Made by a program: the position numbers and the translations under genes. Below, one piece after another: positions 38,878-51,774 of a stretch of DNA of 64,000 nucleotides (its first letter is position 1; the number at the start of each line of letters is the position of its first letter). Where the stretch lies: assembly GCA_033442325.1 (NCBI GenBank), contig JAWQFM010000002.1, forward strand, positions 980,700 through 1,044,699, written 5' to 3'. The DNA is from Salpingoeca rosetta (taxonomy: Eukaryota; Protista; Choanoflagellata). Under the pieces are notes generated by a model that did no database searches, was not told the DNA's origin, and worked only from the letters and a program-made list of their open reading frames with translations.

Positions 38878-39894
38878 ATGAGTGACGCACCTGCTGCAAC
38901 CTCGGCGGTCAAAGAGGAGCTGAGCACAGCAGAAGGAGGGCCGAGATGAGTTTGAGTGGTGGGTGGTGTTTGGAATGGATGCGGGCAGATTGGTTGACAA
39001 CTGTTGTTGTGGTTGTGTTGAGTTCCCCCAAAGGACAGGCAGGCTGCATTTTATGTTGTCGCTTTTCAACAACAACGCAACGGTGCGAGCGGTCGGTGCT
39101 GGTGATGATGGTGGTGGTGTGTGTGGATGTTCGCATGTGTGTTGGTGATGGTGGTGATGGCCTGGTGTTGTGGCGGTTGTGTCTCGTGGGCCGCACGCTG
39201 TCTGGCAGTGTGATCCATACATGCAGCAACTCAAGCTGTGTCCTTTGTTTGGATTGGTTGTGCTGTGGATGTGATGTGAATTCAGGCGAAGAAGAAGCAG
39301 AAGAAGAAGAAGCAGGAATGGACGTGTCAGAGGACAGGGAGGAGCGCCCTCACGGCGATGACTACGATGAGCTCTCACTGGTGGGTGGTTGGTTGGATGA
39401 TTGGGGAAGGATGGGGTTTGAAGAGGGGGTGACTCGCTCAATGCGCCTGCGAATGCACACACGAACAATTACACTCACTCACGCACACACACACACACAT
39501 TGACTCACTCATACTAACGCACACTCACGCTTACACTCACTCACGCACGCACGCTTGCACACTCACTCACATAAACACACTCACTCACATAAACACACTC
39601 ACTCACATAAACACACTCTCTCACTCGCACACGTCGCAGACCGGAGGGGAGCGGAGATCGAAGAAAAAGTCATCGCACAAGAAAAAGTCGTCGCACAAGA
39701 GCGATCGCAAGCACAAGAAGAAGGACAAGAAGAAGGACGCCAAGAAACACAAGAAGCACAAGAAGAAGCACAAGCGATCCAGCAGCTCCAAGGACCGCTC
39801 CAGAGGAGGCAGCGGCAGCGGCAACAGCAGCGAGTCATCGGTGCGTCACACACATGCACAAGAGTACACACACAGGAGTACGCACACACACACA

Positions 39895-39963
<69 letters not shown>

Positions 39964-40388
39964 GAGTGAATGCGTACATCCGATGGCAAGCACCCCCCTT
40001 TCTTCCTTGTGCGTTCTCGGTCTGCAACCCCCCTTCCATCCCGCCCGCTCATGCATTGTCTGGCTTGTGTTGTGTTTCAATTCTCACGCCTCACTTCGCT
40101 TCACGTAGGATTCAAGCTCCAGCGGCGACGAGTGGGTGGAAGCCGGCAGTGAGCCAGCAGCAGCACCAACCAAGGTGGCCGACTCGGGGCCTGCTGTGCC
40201 AAGCGCACATGAAATCGACACGGCGGCGAGTGCTGCAACTGCGGCAGAGACGGGCGGTGATGCCGGTGCGCAGCGAGACAGCTGGATGTCACTGGAATCC
40301 TCGACCGACTTCTTCTCGTCGTTTGCCGCCAAGGACACGCGAGTGAAGAAGCGCGACATCCGCGCAGCTGAAAAGGCCAAGCGGGAAG

Positions 40389-40485
<97 letters not shown>

Positions 40486-40838
40486 TGGGTGTGGGTGTGT
40501 GTGGGTGTGGGTGGGTGTGGGTGTGGGTGTGTGGGTGTGTGGGTGTGGGTGTGTGTGTGGGTGTGGACAGAGCCGTGATCGCTGTTCTTTCAGCATGCCT
40601 GCGCTTTAGTTGAAGGCGTAAAACCGCCGCCAAAGTCGTCAAGTGTAACACCGTGACGACATTGCGGTGCTCATGCCCCTCCGTCCTCACCATGCACGTG
40701 CACCTGTTGCAGGAGAGCCTGCGCGTGCGCCAATCCCGCGAGCTGAACCCGTACCTGAAGAACGGCGGCAGCGGTATGCCTCCACGTCGCGACTCAAGCA
40801 CAGCGGTCAGTGAAGCGTTTGCACGAGTGTGTGTGTTT

Positions 40839-40869
<31 letters not shown>

Positions 40870-43800
40870 ATTGTGTGTGTGTGCGTGCGTGTATTGTGTG
40901 TGTGTGCGTGTATTGTGTGTGTGTGTGTGTGTTTGCTCATTTGGGAATTATTCTCGCGCTCAATGTTGTGTGTGCGATGCTTGTTGTCTTCTTCTCGTTG
41001 CGTTGTAGAGTACACCAAGCTGGAGAGAGGCTGCTATGCGTCGTGCAAGGTATGCTCATGCGACAGTAATCCACCCATGCTGCCACCCATCACACACATG
41101 AGCTGCAAATCAACGCCTTTGCAAACATGTATGCCTGTGTGCGCAAGTATTCATTCACACACACACGCACACACACAAACGTACAGAGGCGAGTCTGCGA
41201 GCGTAACGCCGCGGCGTGGCGGGCGTGGCGGGTCATCCTTCTCCGCAACAGCGAGCCCACACCTCGGTGGGCGCACAAGCGCCCCGGGGTCGAGCGGGAA
41301 GACGATGATGATGCCATCACGATCGGCAAGCGGGTGGTCGCGCACATCGTCCACAAGCTCTTTCATCCAGTCGAGGCAGCAGCAAGACGACCGGGCCAGG
41401 GACCGCGAGTACAGTGGCCGTGATCGTGATCGTGGCCGTGAACGTGGTGGTGATTATGATCGCGGTGATGGCGCACGCGCCGATCAGCGTGGTGGTGGTG
41501 GTGGTGGTGATGGTGGCGACAGGATGCAGAGCACGCGCGATGAGGGCGGCGCAGGGAGAGGGACACGCGGTGACTATCGACGCGACAGGGACGACGCTTC
41601 CGCTGCAGGCACAACTGCATCGCCACACCGCCGCCGCCACCACCATGATGCCGACTTGGAGGAGGACAAAGAGGAGAGGGGGCACCGCGAGCACCGTGAG
41701 CCTTCGAGTCGTACACGGGACACGCAGCCGGCAACAACAGCATCATCCGCGTCCTCCACGGTCAAGACAGAGGCAGCAGCAGCAGCAACGACGACGAGTC
41801 GGGCCGCTGCACCTGCACCATCAGCGGACGAGATGAATGAAATGGCAGCCGACATTATGCGGGCTGAACTCATGGGCGACGAGGTGACACATGCACCGCC
41901 ACACATGCACGATGCATGATCATGATTCACTGTGGTTGTCTCTGTTTGATGCTGCTGTTCCTGCCCTCCTGTCGCTTGTTTGTGGTTGGCGTGGACACCA
42001 GTCCTGCTGCTGTCTTGCTGCTGTTTTGTTCCACCACCACCACCACCACCTCCTCCCCCCTCCTCCTCCTCCTTCCACCTCCTCCTTCAACCTCACCTTC
42101 AACCTCATCACCACCAACCAACTTGCTTGCCGCTGTTCTCCACCGTGGTAACAGGATGAGGCCCGCGAGCTGCGGTCGAAACTGGAGAGCCTGCGCCGCC
42201 AAGCAGCAGCAGCAGCGCCGCCGCCATCGCAACCACCAGCATCATCGTCGTCGTCATCGACAGGAGGGTTGTTGCCGCTGCCGTCTGGTGCACCGCCAGA
42301 GAAGCGTGCGCGGCGCGGTGGCGATGTTGATGAGCACCGACGCGGGCTGCATGGGGACGAGCGAGGGGGCGATCGCCAGCGCGTTGCTGTGCTGACGACA
42401 CGCACGAGCAGGGGCACGGTGATGCCCATGCCAAGGAGCGACGCGCCGGCGGGCGGCGCAAAGTGGCGCGATAAGTTCCGCAAGGTGCGAACATGTGTGT
42501 GTGTGCTTGCGCGCGTCTGTGTGTGTGTGTGTGTGTGTGTGTGTCGACAACTTGCAAGCGCTTCTTGGATGCGGTTTGCATGGTTACAATTGGAGCATGT
42601 GCACCCTCTTGTTCCTTTCATACTGCACTCACCACCACCACCACCACCGCCACCCGCCGCCGCCGCCGCCACCACCACCCTGTTGTCCAGGCGAAGACAC
42701 ACGACGTGAGCGGACAGCGCATCAAATTCTTTGCGGCAGACGGCGACGACTACGATGTGCACGAGCTTGCACAGCGCGAGCGGCTGGGGCTTGATGCAGA
42801 CTATGACGAGGAGTTTGCACGCATGGCCGCGCGTGACGCAAGCCGTGCCACAGATGACTACGATGTGGATGACATGTTTGTTGATCGCGCAGCCAAGGGC
42901 ATCTCACGCACAAAGCAAGCGGACCGAGACAGGCAGCGCGCCATCCAAGGTCAAGGGAGAGAAAGAGGGCTTGCATTGCCTTTGTGTGTTCAATCCCACA
43001 CACGCATGCAGTCTCTTTGTGCATGTGACCTGGCTTGTCGCCGTATCTCTGCGTGGATCCCTGCTCGCTGCTTTCGCCACTAGCTGACTCGTGCACCTCC
43101 ACCGCGCCCCTATGCGTGTTCCCAACACGCCATGCAGACTTCCATCGCCAGGACCGCGCGCTGGCCAACTGCGACCTCTGTCTGGACACGGACCGCTTCC
43201 ACAAGAACCTCACCATCAGCGTCGGAACAACGGTCTGTTGTCCGTCTCAAGCTGTCTCCATTGCGTTGTGAATGTTGATGTAGCACACCACACACACCAT
43301 ACACACACACACTTCTCAGCGCCAGCCCCCACCTTACACTGTCACCACACCCACACCCACAAACCCAAACAAGCAAACCCAATGAACTAACCAACCAACC
43401 AACCAACACCCCAAAACAACGCCCCCCCCCCTCACTGCTTGCCACCCTGCATGTGCGTCAGATGTACCTGTCGCTGCCTGCGCGCGGTAGCCTGGGGCCG
43501 CAGCACTGCGTGATTGTTCCCATCCGCCACACGACGGCAGCAACAGACTTTGACGAGGACGAGTATGCGGAGCTGCAGCGCTTCCAGCGTGCGCTCACAG
43601 AGATGTTTCGCTCGCGGGACATGGACGTTGTGTTTATGGAGACGGTGATGAACCCGAAGAAGAACAGACACACGGTCATCCACGCCATCCCGCTGAGTCG
43701 CGACGATGGCGCAATGGCGCCCATGTACTTCAAAGTCCGTTGTCGTGTCGTGCTCGACTGTTGTGTGGTGTGGTGTGGTGTGGTGTGGTGTGGTGTGGTG

Positions 43801-44507
43801 TGGTGTGGTGTGGTGGGGTGTGGTGTGGTGTGGCGCTGCGTGGTGTGGTGCTGTGTTGTTGTGTTACGTCGTGCTGTACGTTTGCTATGCGAGTATGACG
43901 TGGTGTGCGTGGTGTCTCTGTCGAATAGCCTGGGCTTTTCATTTTTGTCTCATCACCACCGCGCATCTGATGGGCCCATCTCCAATCAACAGAAAGCGAT
44001 TGCCGAGTGTGACACCCAGTGGTCACAGCACAAGAAGCTCATTGACACGCGCAAGAAAGGATTCCGCAGAAGCGTACGTCAATGCATGCATGCATGTGTG
44101 TGTGTGTGTGTGTGTGGTCATGTAATTGTGTTTGTCTGCCATTTTGCCTCCTTTGGTCTCAACGCGCAGCAGTGTCGACTCTCACTCACCTCGACCTCAC
44201 ACGTGTACGTCTGCCTCCCCACTTGTTCTTCCCCCACCTCTGCTGTTGTTGCTGCGTGGCGTGGGTACAGGTGCCGAAGGGCTTCCCATACTTCAACGTT
44301 GAGTTTGGGACGGATGGCGGGTTTGCGCACGTGATTGAGGACCAGACGCAGTTTCCCTTCTACTTTGGGCAAGAGATTGTCGGCGGAATGCTCGACCTTC
44401 CTCCCCGCACGTGGATGAACCCGAGACCGGACAATTATTCCACCCAGCAGCGCAACAAGGCGCGCCTGGCCACGCTGTGGGCCAACTTTGACGTTACACA
44501 ACAGTAG
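38878..44507 (+). CDS. CWF19L2: CWF19-like protein 2 (intron-lariat spliceosome factor, CwfJ C-terminal domains)
   Basis: Exons approx 38878/38946-38958, 39286-39380, 39640-39840, 40109-40390, 40713-40805, 41009-41049, 41187-41883, 42155-42484, 42691-42949, 43138-43232, 43462-43734, 43993-44073, 44271-44507 (TAG). Lys-rich tract then [116 protein letters not shown]. Confidence 0.93.
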
Positions 44508-44807
44508 CCTCGGTGGCAATGTGTGTGTGTTTGTTTGTTTGTTTGCTTGCTTGTTTGCTTGCTTGTATGTTGTGTGTTTGTGTTTGCCTTTGCTTGTTTG
44601 CTTGTGTTTGTTTCCTTGAGTGTGTTTGTTTTGGTTTGTTTTGGTTTCGTGTGTCTGCTTGTGTGCTTGTGTTTGTTTGTTTTTGCTTCTTGTTTGCTTG
44701 GTCGTGTCAGCATAACGTGCCAATATGAAAAGTTCATCAAGAATTTACATATGTGGTTGAGGAAGAAGAAGTCAGCCACTGTGCGGCCAGCAGCACAGCA
44801 GCGCTGT

Positions 44808-45313
44808 TTATCGTGGTTGGTCGCCAAAGTGTGTCTTCACGCCAAACTCCGGGCGCTTTGAGCGACGACCCTGCACATAGCAACGCGAAAGATATGTGAG
44901 AGGGAACATATGGCACGTGGTGATGCACGCATTCGCCCACGCGCGTGCGTACTTACACAAGCATACAAACACAACCAACACCGCACGCGTTCACCCCGCA
45001 AACCCAACACAACCAAGTGGTTCTTTCTACCTTGAACATGGAGGCGATGTTCCATGCGACCTTTCCACAATCAGGACAGGGCCCACCAGGCAAACGAGCG
45101 CCCAGCGTAAACGTGTGCTTGTTGCAGTTTCCGCACTGGAAGAACCGCTTCTTGGTCTTCACCTTGTTCACGGCGTGCCCGTTGTCGATGCACAGCTTTG
45201 GCGCGCGCATCGTCAGCCGCTTGCACTGCACGCCGGAGATGGGGGTTGGTCATCAGGTGTGACATGGAGTGTGTTATGTGTGTGTGTGTGTGTGTGTGAG
45301 TTGGGTGTTGTGT

Positions 45314-45360
<47 letters not shown>

Positions 45361-48300
45361 ACGTGTGTATGTGCGTTGTGTGTGCTTGCTTCTGTATCTG
45401 TCGTGTGGCAAGCTCCTCGACCACAACCCAGTGAGATGTACGCACCGTACTGCACTTGTGACACACGACGGTCGTTTCCTTGATTGTCTTCATCTTTTCC
45501 TCCATCTTCTCCAATTCCTCTCCGCGTGCCAGCATGCGCATAAGCTCCTTCTCTTCCGCCTGAAAAGTGGGAGTGAATGGATGGATGTGTGTGTGTGAGG
45601 AGTGTGAGAGTGTGAGAGTGTGAGGAGTGAGTGCGTGTGGGGATGAGACGAGCCCAAGTACAACGCGGCGGGTGGTTAACGAATGCAAGGCATATGTCCG
45701 CAATATGGTTTGATGGCGTGCACACACACACGCACATGAACACACATGAACACACACATGAACACACACGCACACCTCGTGGAATTCGTCCAGGTGCTTC
45801 GATTTGCGCTCAAGCATCGCCTTTGTCTCCTCAGAACTGACATAAGCAGCAATTCAAGATTGCAAGCATACACGCACACGCGCACACACGCACACGCACA
45901 CGCACACGCACACGCACACGCACACGCACACACGCACGCGCACACACGCACGCGCACACACGCACACGCACACACACACACACACAGATGCAAGCACCAA
46001 CGACAACACGGCCCGATACACGAACACGAGGAGTGAGCTTACGGCAAGAGAACACCACAACGCAAAGCAAAGCAACAACACGCAACAAAGCAAAGCAACA
46101 ACACGCAACAAAGCAAAGCAACAACACGTGCACACATGAGCCAACATGTGAAGTAATGCAACGCGATGACGTACTCAATATCGCCGACGATGGCTGTGAG
46201 GACGGATGACTTTGGGCGCTTGGACGTGCGCGCCTCTCGATCCTCTGCTGCAGTTACCTCGCGTCTGGCCACGCGCTTTCGCAGCTTATCCACGTCAACG
46301 TCCTCTGTCGTGCAGGTGCAAGAGCAGGTATTGCAGGTCAGTGCACAACAAGTGCATATGATGTCAGCAACAGCAGCAACAACAGCAACAGCAGCAACAG
46401 CAGCAGGGTGAACAACAGGCTCAGCTTCAGCCAATCGTTTGCGCAGCAAGACCAAGTCACCACAGCAGCGATGCAGCGTCAAGGGCGAGAGCACTGACGT
46501 GATGATGGTGACACGGGCGCATTGGGATCGACTTTGGCGAATCCGCCTTTGCTGCGGGCGAGCGCGGCTGCACGTGCGTATGGATCACGCGCTTTGGACA
46601 GTTGGATTTGCGACCCCTGTGCAATCACAATACAATCGCACGTGACAGGCAACGAAGGCGCAAGCATCAATGACAATGTGTGAGCGGTGCTTGAAGGGCG
46701 ACCATGGAGAAGGCGCCCTGCATATTAGCAGCACGCTTTGCAAAGCACAAGGGATACGAGCAAAACAACACGCACAGAAATGCTGTGCTTCGGGCATCAT
46801 GTGCATTCAACCACGTGTCAGGACACAACCAGCCGTGCAACGCAAGTATGCACACGAGAACCATTCACGCACAGCCGCACAAACACATTGAAGCATACGT
46901 CACACACATGCACACACACACGCACAAATACACGCACAAATACACGCACAAACACACACAAAATACACGCACAACAAAGTGTGCATCCATGCGTACCGCC
47001 TGTGCGCCGCGTGCAAGCATGGGTCTTGACTGTCCGTTGAGTGCAAGGAGCTTGTCGCACGTGGCCGTGAGCACGGAGGTCGATGCCTGGGTGTCTGGAC
47101 GGACACCCGATCTTGGGCGGTTGAGGAAGGACCCATCGCGCTTCTTTGCCGCTTCACGAAACTCGTGCTCAACCATCTTCTTTGCAAGCGGATCTGAATC
47201 ACACACACGTGTCCACGACACAGCGGTGGTGGTGGTGGTGGTGGTGGTGGTGGTGGTGGTGGTGGTGGACAGAGAGAGAGAGAGTGTGTGTGTGTGTGTG
47301 TGTGTGTGTCAGTTGGTTTGTGTCTGTGCAAGTTGCCCTGTTGTCATCCATACCAATACACCGCAGAGCACACATGCAACATACGTCACAGCACACGACA
47401 GAGCACACCGCCACGACCGCTTACTTGAGGAAGTCATGGTGCGCATGGCCTTACGAAAGGTGTTGTTGGCACTCAGGGATGTCACGGCTTCCAGTCGCAG
47501 CTGACTCTTCATCTTCTCCATCGGCGTCTTGGCCTTCTTCGATGAAGATGACGATGATGCACTCTTTCCAACAACAGATGCGCCTCGTGCAAGACCAGTG
47601 GACGATGATGGTGATGGTGATGGTCGACCACCGGACCGCTGCCGCGCCGCCAACACCGTGCGCGCGTTGGGATTCGGGCCCATTCTGTGCACACATGCGT
47701 GTGTTTGTGTTTCAAATGTGTTCGTTCATGTGTTCGTGAGGGCGTGTTCAAAACTGCGAGTTTGTATATGTGTGTTCATCGGCGATCGATCAGCAGATGC
47801 AATGAACCTTTGTTGACACCAACAACAGAGTAAAGTGTGCAATAAAAGAGACAAGGTTGCACGGATATGCCTGAATACGAACCCGAGGTTGAGGACTTGC
47901 CGCGATTGCCTCTTCTTCTTCCTGTACGCGGAGCCAACATGCGCTTGGCAATATTCCCTGACACCGCGGCAGTAGTCATGATCGTGTGTGTGTGTGTAAG
48001 TGTGTGTGTGTGCGTATGTGTGTGTGTGTAAGTGTGTAAGTGTGTATGTGTGTATGTGTGTATGTGTGTAGGTGTGAAAGTGTGAAAGTGTGTTAGTGTG
48101 CATGTGTGCACGTGTGTATGTGTGTGTGCTTGTGCACTTGTCAGTATGCATGCATCGGTATGCATGCGTCAGTGAGAGCGGTACGTGCGTGTGTGTTTGA
48201 GCAGGTGACATGCCTCACTCACCCCAGTTGCAAATTGACTGGCCAGCTGCATGGCTTGCCGTCTTTGGTAAACGCCTTGCACATGGCGAAATCCGAGCAC

Positions 48301-50419
48301 GTGCCAACCATGAGCAGTTGGCTTTCATCGCGCACCGTCAACATTGGCCGCGAGCCGGCGCGCTCCTGTCACGCACGTCGTGTGTTAGGAGGGGGCAGGT
48401 AGTTGTGTTCAGAATGAAGCGTGGGGGAGCATACACACACACACAACAACAAAACGTGCACACGATGTACACACACACACACACAACAACAACAACAACA
48501 ACAAAACGTGCACGATGTACACACACACACACACACACACACCTCCATGAGGACCGGGTCGGAAATGCCGACAAAGACGCCAGCATTCTCGCGCCAGTGC
48601 TTTGCATGCACTGCACCAGAGACGAACAGGCCAACCTGCATAATGATGCACAAACACATGCGCCCACGCAAATGCATCACGTTATCCAAGTCCGGGCGAG
48701 GCGTCACGGGTTCAGCACAAATGCACACACACACACATGCAAACACACACACACATGCAAACACACATGCACATGCAAACACACATGCACACACACATGC
48801 AAATACACATGCAAACACGCACACGCCCTCCAGTTTCACGTGCAAGAGCCAAGGCAGCGCACCCCGTCGTGGTTGAGGTCTGACATGGTCCAGATGGCGT
48901 AGTTTGCGCCCTTGGATGTCTGTTTCGTGGGCGACTTCTTGGCCACGACCCCAAACGTCACAATTGTCTCCGTTGCCGATTCGGGCGACTTTGCACGGTG
49001 TCGCAGCTGTTGCAAGCATGAGCACGCATTGAGGTGAGCGGGGCGGGGGAGAGGAGGAAAGAGGGGTTGCTGAGGGTGGTTATGTGATAGCTTTGGCAGT
49101 TGTTGCCGTGATGTCAAGTTGGAGACTGCAAACGCCGGCACCTCGGACAGCGACGCAGCTCATTTGCTTCCTGCTACAGCGACACCAAACACAAGTGCAT
49201 GTGGCTGCATCTTGCTGCGTGAGTGCGCGCGTCACTTACCACACTGACAATGTCACGGATGGGAACAAACTTCCGCCCACTCATCATCGACTTGAGCTGC
49301 AGACTGCCAATGGTTCGGTTCCTGTGCAGAGAACATGTGTGTGTGTGTTGCAGTAGAGGAGGTGAGCGAGCATTCGTACAGAAGGGAGCCATCATGCAGA
49401 GAAGCAACAACAGCGACGACAAAAGCAAGCGCGTGCGTTTGAGTCACACCAAACAACGTACTTGAGTCGGAGTCCCGTGTACTCGTCCTTATCGCTCTGT
49501 GTCCAGTTGGATGCGCCGCTGGTTGTTACCTTTGCACCGGTGCCTGCCGATGGCGATGCCCCTGATGTTGAAGCGCTGCCACTGGTGCCGGGTCGCCTGG
49601 GCGCATTTCGCGGAACCACCGCCCGCTGTGGCGGCGCCGTCTGCTTTGCCGTCAAGGAAGCTGAGGACGGATGGGTAGTCATGCCGGGCGTAGCTTGCTT
49701 CTGCGACCCACTGGTGCTTTGAGGGCGAACGCTCCGCGTCGGTGCAGCAGCTGCTCGTGGCGTCGAAGGTTTCCTGGCTGCGGTAGTTGCTGCGGCTGCT
49801 GTGGTGGCATTGGTGCTTGGTGTGGGCTTGTTAGCGGCACTGTTGCTGTTGGTGTTGTTGTTGGTGTTGTTGTCATTTGTGGTGGTGTTGTCGTTGATGG
49901 TGGCGGTGGCGCTGTTGTTGGTGGTCTTGGTGCTGTTGGCCTTGTTCAGCTGCCCACGCACCTTTGCCAACTGCTGCTCCAACGCCGCGAGTTGTGCTTG
50001 GAGGGCAGCTGAATCCTGTGCTGAATCCTGTTCTTTCTCTGCTTCGGCGGCATCTTTCTTGTCCTCCTTTGTTGTTTCTCCCTCGTCCACGTCGCCAAAG
50101 ATGTCGGACAGATCGTCCGTTGCCCAGAACCCGGAATCCCCCTCTGCACTCAAACAGACAAGGGCGAGAGTGGTTGGACAACAGTCAAAAGAAAGAAAGG
50201 GAATCAGACCGTACACAGAACACACACACAAAAAAGAGATTCATCCACACACAACCACACGTCAACGCACTCACACACACGCACACACACACAAAGAGAT
50301 TCATCCACACACAAAGACACAACGTACATCAACGCACACACACTTCACGCTTACACACACACACTACACGCTCACACACACACACTACACGCTCACACAC
50401 ACACACACGCACCCATCAT
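44808..50419 (-). CDS. MCM10: Minichromosome maintenance protein 10 (OB fold, CCCH Zn finger, C-terminal Zn motifs)
   Basis: About 15 exons: 50419-50413 (ATGATGG), 50143-49462, 49321-49240, ~49006-48863, ~48634-48543, ~48365-48223, 47957-47883, 47684-47425, 47192-46997, ~46617-46500, ~46304-46173, ~45835-45776, ~45560-45446, ~45226-45031, 44870-44808 (TAA). Motifs: [83 protein letters not shown]. Confidence 0.9.
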
Positions 50420-50712
50420 CGATGATGTCTTCCTTGTTGCTTGGTCGCACTCAAAAAAATGGCGCCACGGACTTGGTGCTTGATGCGCAGTGTTGGTGAT
50501 TGTGCGGAAATATGGCCAGTTTTCTGTTTTGGTGAAATGAGGTGGACTGCAGCCAAACAAAACCATCGAACCACGACCTTCCACCAGTCTCTGCCTTCGT
50601 GTTTGTGTTTGTATGTTCGCATCGACCCCCCCCCACCGCCCCTCATCTCGCTCACGCGCTCTCCTTGTCGTCGTCGTCGTCCACAAGCACCCACACACAA
50701 GGCACCTTCACC
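50420..50712. promoter_or_regulatory. Putative bidirectional promoter MCM10/talin with E2F-like TGGCGCCA (50460-50467)
   Basis: 293 bp between divergent ATGs, with a palindromic TGGCGCCA beside an A/T run. Confidence 0.45.
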
Positions 50713-51729
50713 ATGGACAACTCCATCGCTCTGACCGTGGTCTGGGCGGAGAAGGACACTCAGCAAATCATCAAGGTACATGCACACTTGTTCCTGTGTG
50801 ACGTGTCTTATTGCGTGTCGCCACATCACGACATGTTCGTGTGCTACACGCACAGGCGCTCGCTTGTAGTACTATCAGTGACATTGACAGTGGCAGTGTT
50901 GCTGCTGCTTGTGTCTCAGCGCAGTGGCTCGTATCGAAAGTGTGACTCACTTTCTCCTCTTGTTTATGCACCTTTGCTCTCGTCTCTGCTCTCTTCCAAT
51001 CTGCCCTTGCTCGCTTGCCTGATGCAGTTTGGACGGCAAATGACCGTGGCGCAAGCGTGCGTGCTTGCTCTCACAGAGTTTGGTCAGGATCCATCTCTCG
51101 GTACGCGGCTCGCTAACATCCGCGTTTCCTGCTTTCCATCACCCGTGTGTGCACCTACGAACACGGCTTGCTCTGTTATTCTCGCTCGTTTCCTGTGCCA
51201 GCTTCCACGCACCACACATTCACATCTCGTTTCTTGCGCATGAACATTGCCCTGCTTCATCGTCGTCACAGCGGATATGTATGGCTTCCTTCGGCAGTCC
51301 ATGCATGGCGGCTACGACATCTGGGTCGACCCAAAGGCCACCATCGGCACCAGTGGCCTGCGCAATGGGGTGAGCGCTGCACACCCGCTGCCTATCATTT
51401 GCATTCCTTGCGCAGGCTTGTCCATGTTCGTTCACGCGTGTTCTTTGCACCACCTGTTCCCTCTGCACCAAACGCTCACGCAAGAAAGAAGCAATGTACG
51501 GCTACCTCTCACACACCCTCTTGTTATCTCAACACACACAAACAAATACACACACACACACTGCGTGCGATGATCGCAGCAAATTGTGCAGTTTGCGCCA
51601 AAGCAGCGCCCCCTCAAGATTCGCCTCATCGACGGCAGCGAAAAGACCGTCCGTACCGTCAAGGTGGGGGGAAACACCACCAGGTCCCACTGCATGTGAT
51701 ACCCCATCTGTACTGCTGTGGCTGCTATA

Positions 51730-51774
<45 letters not shown>

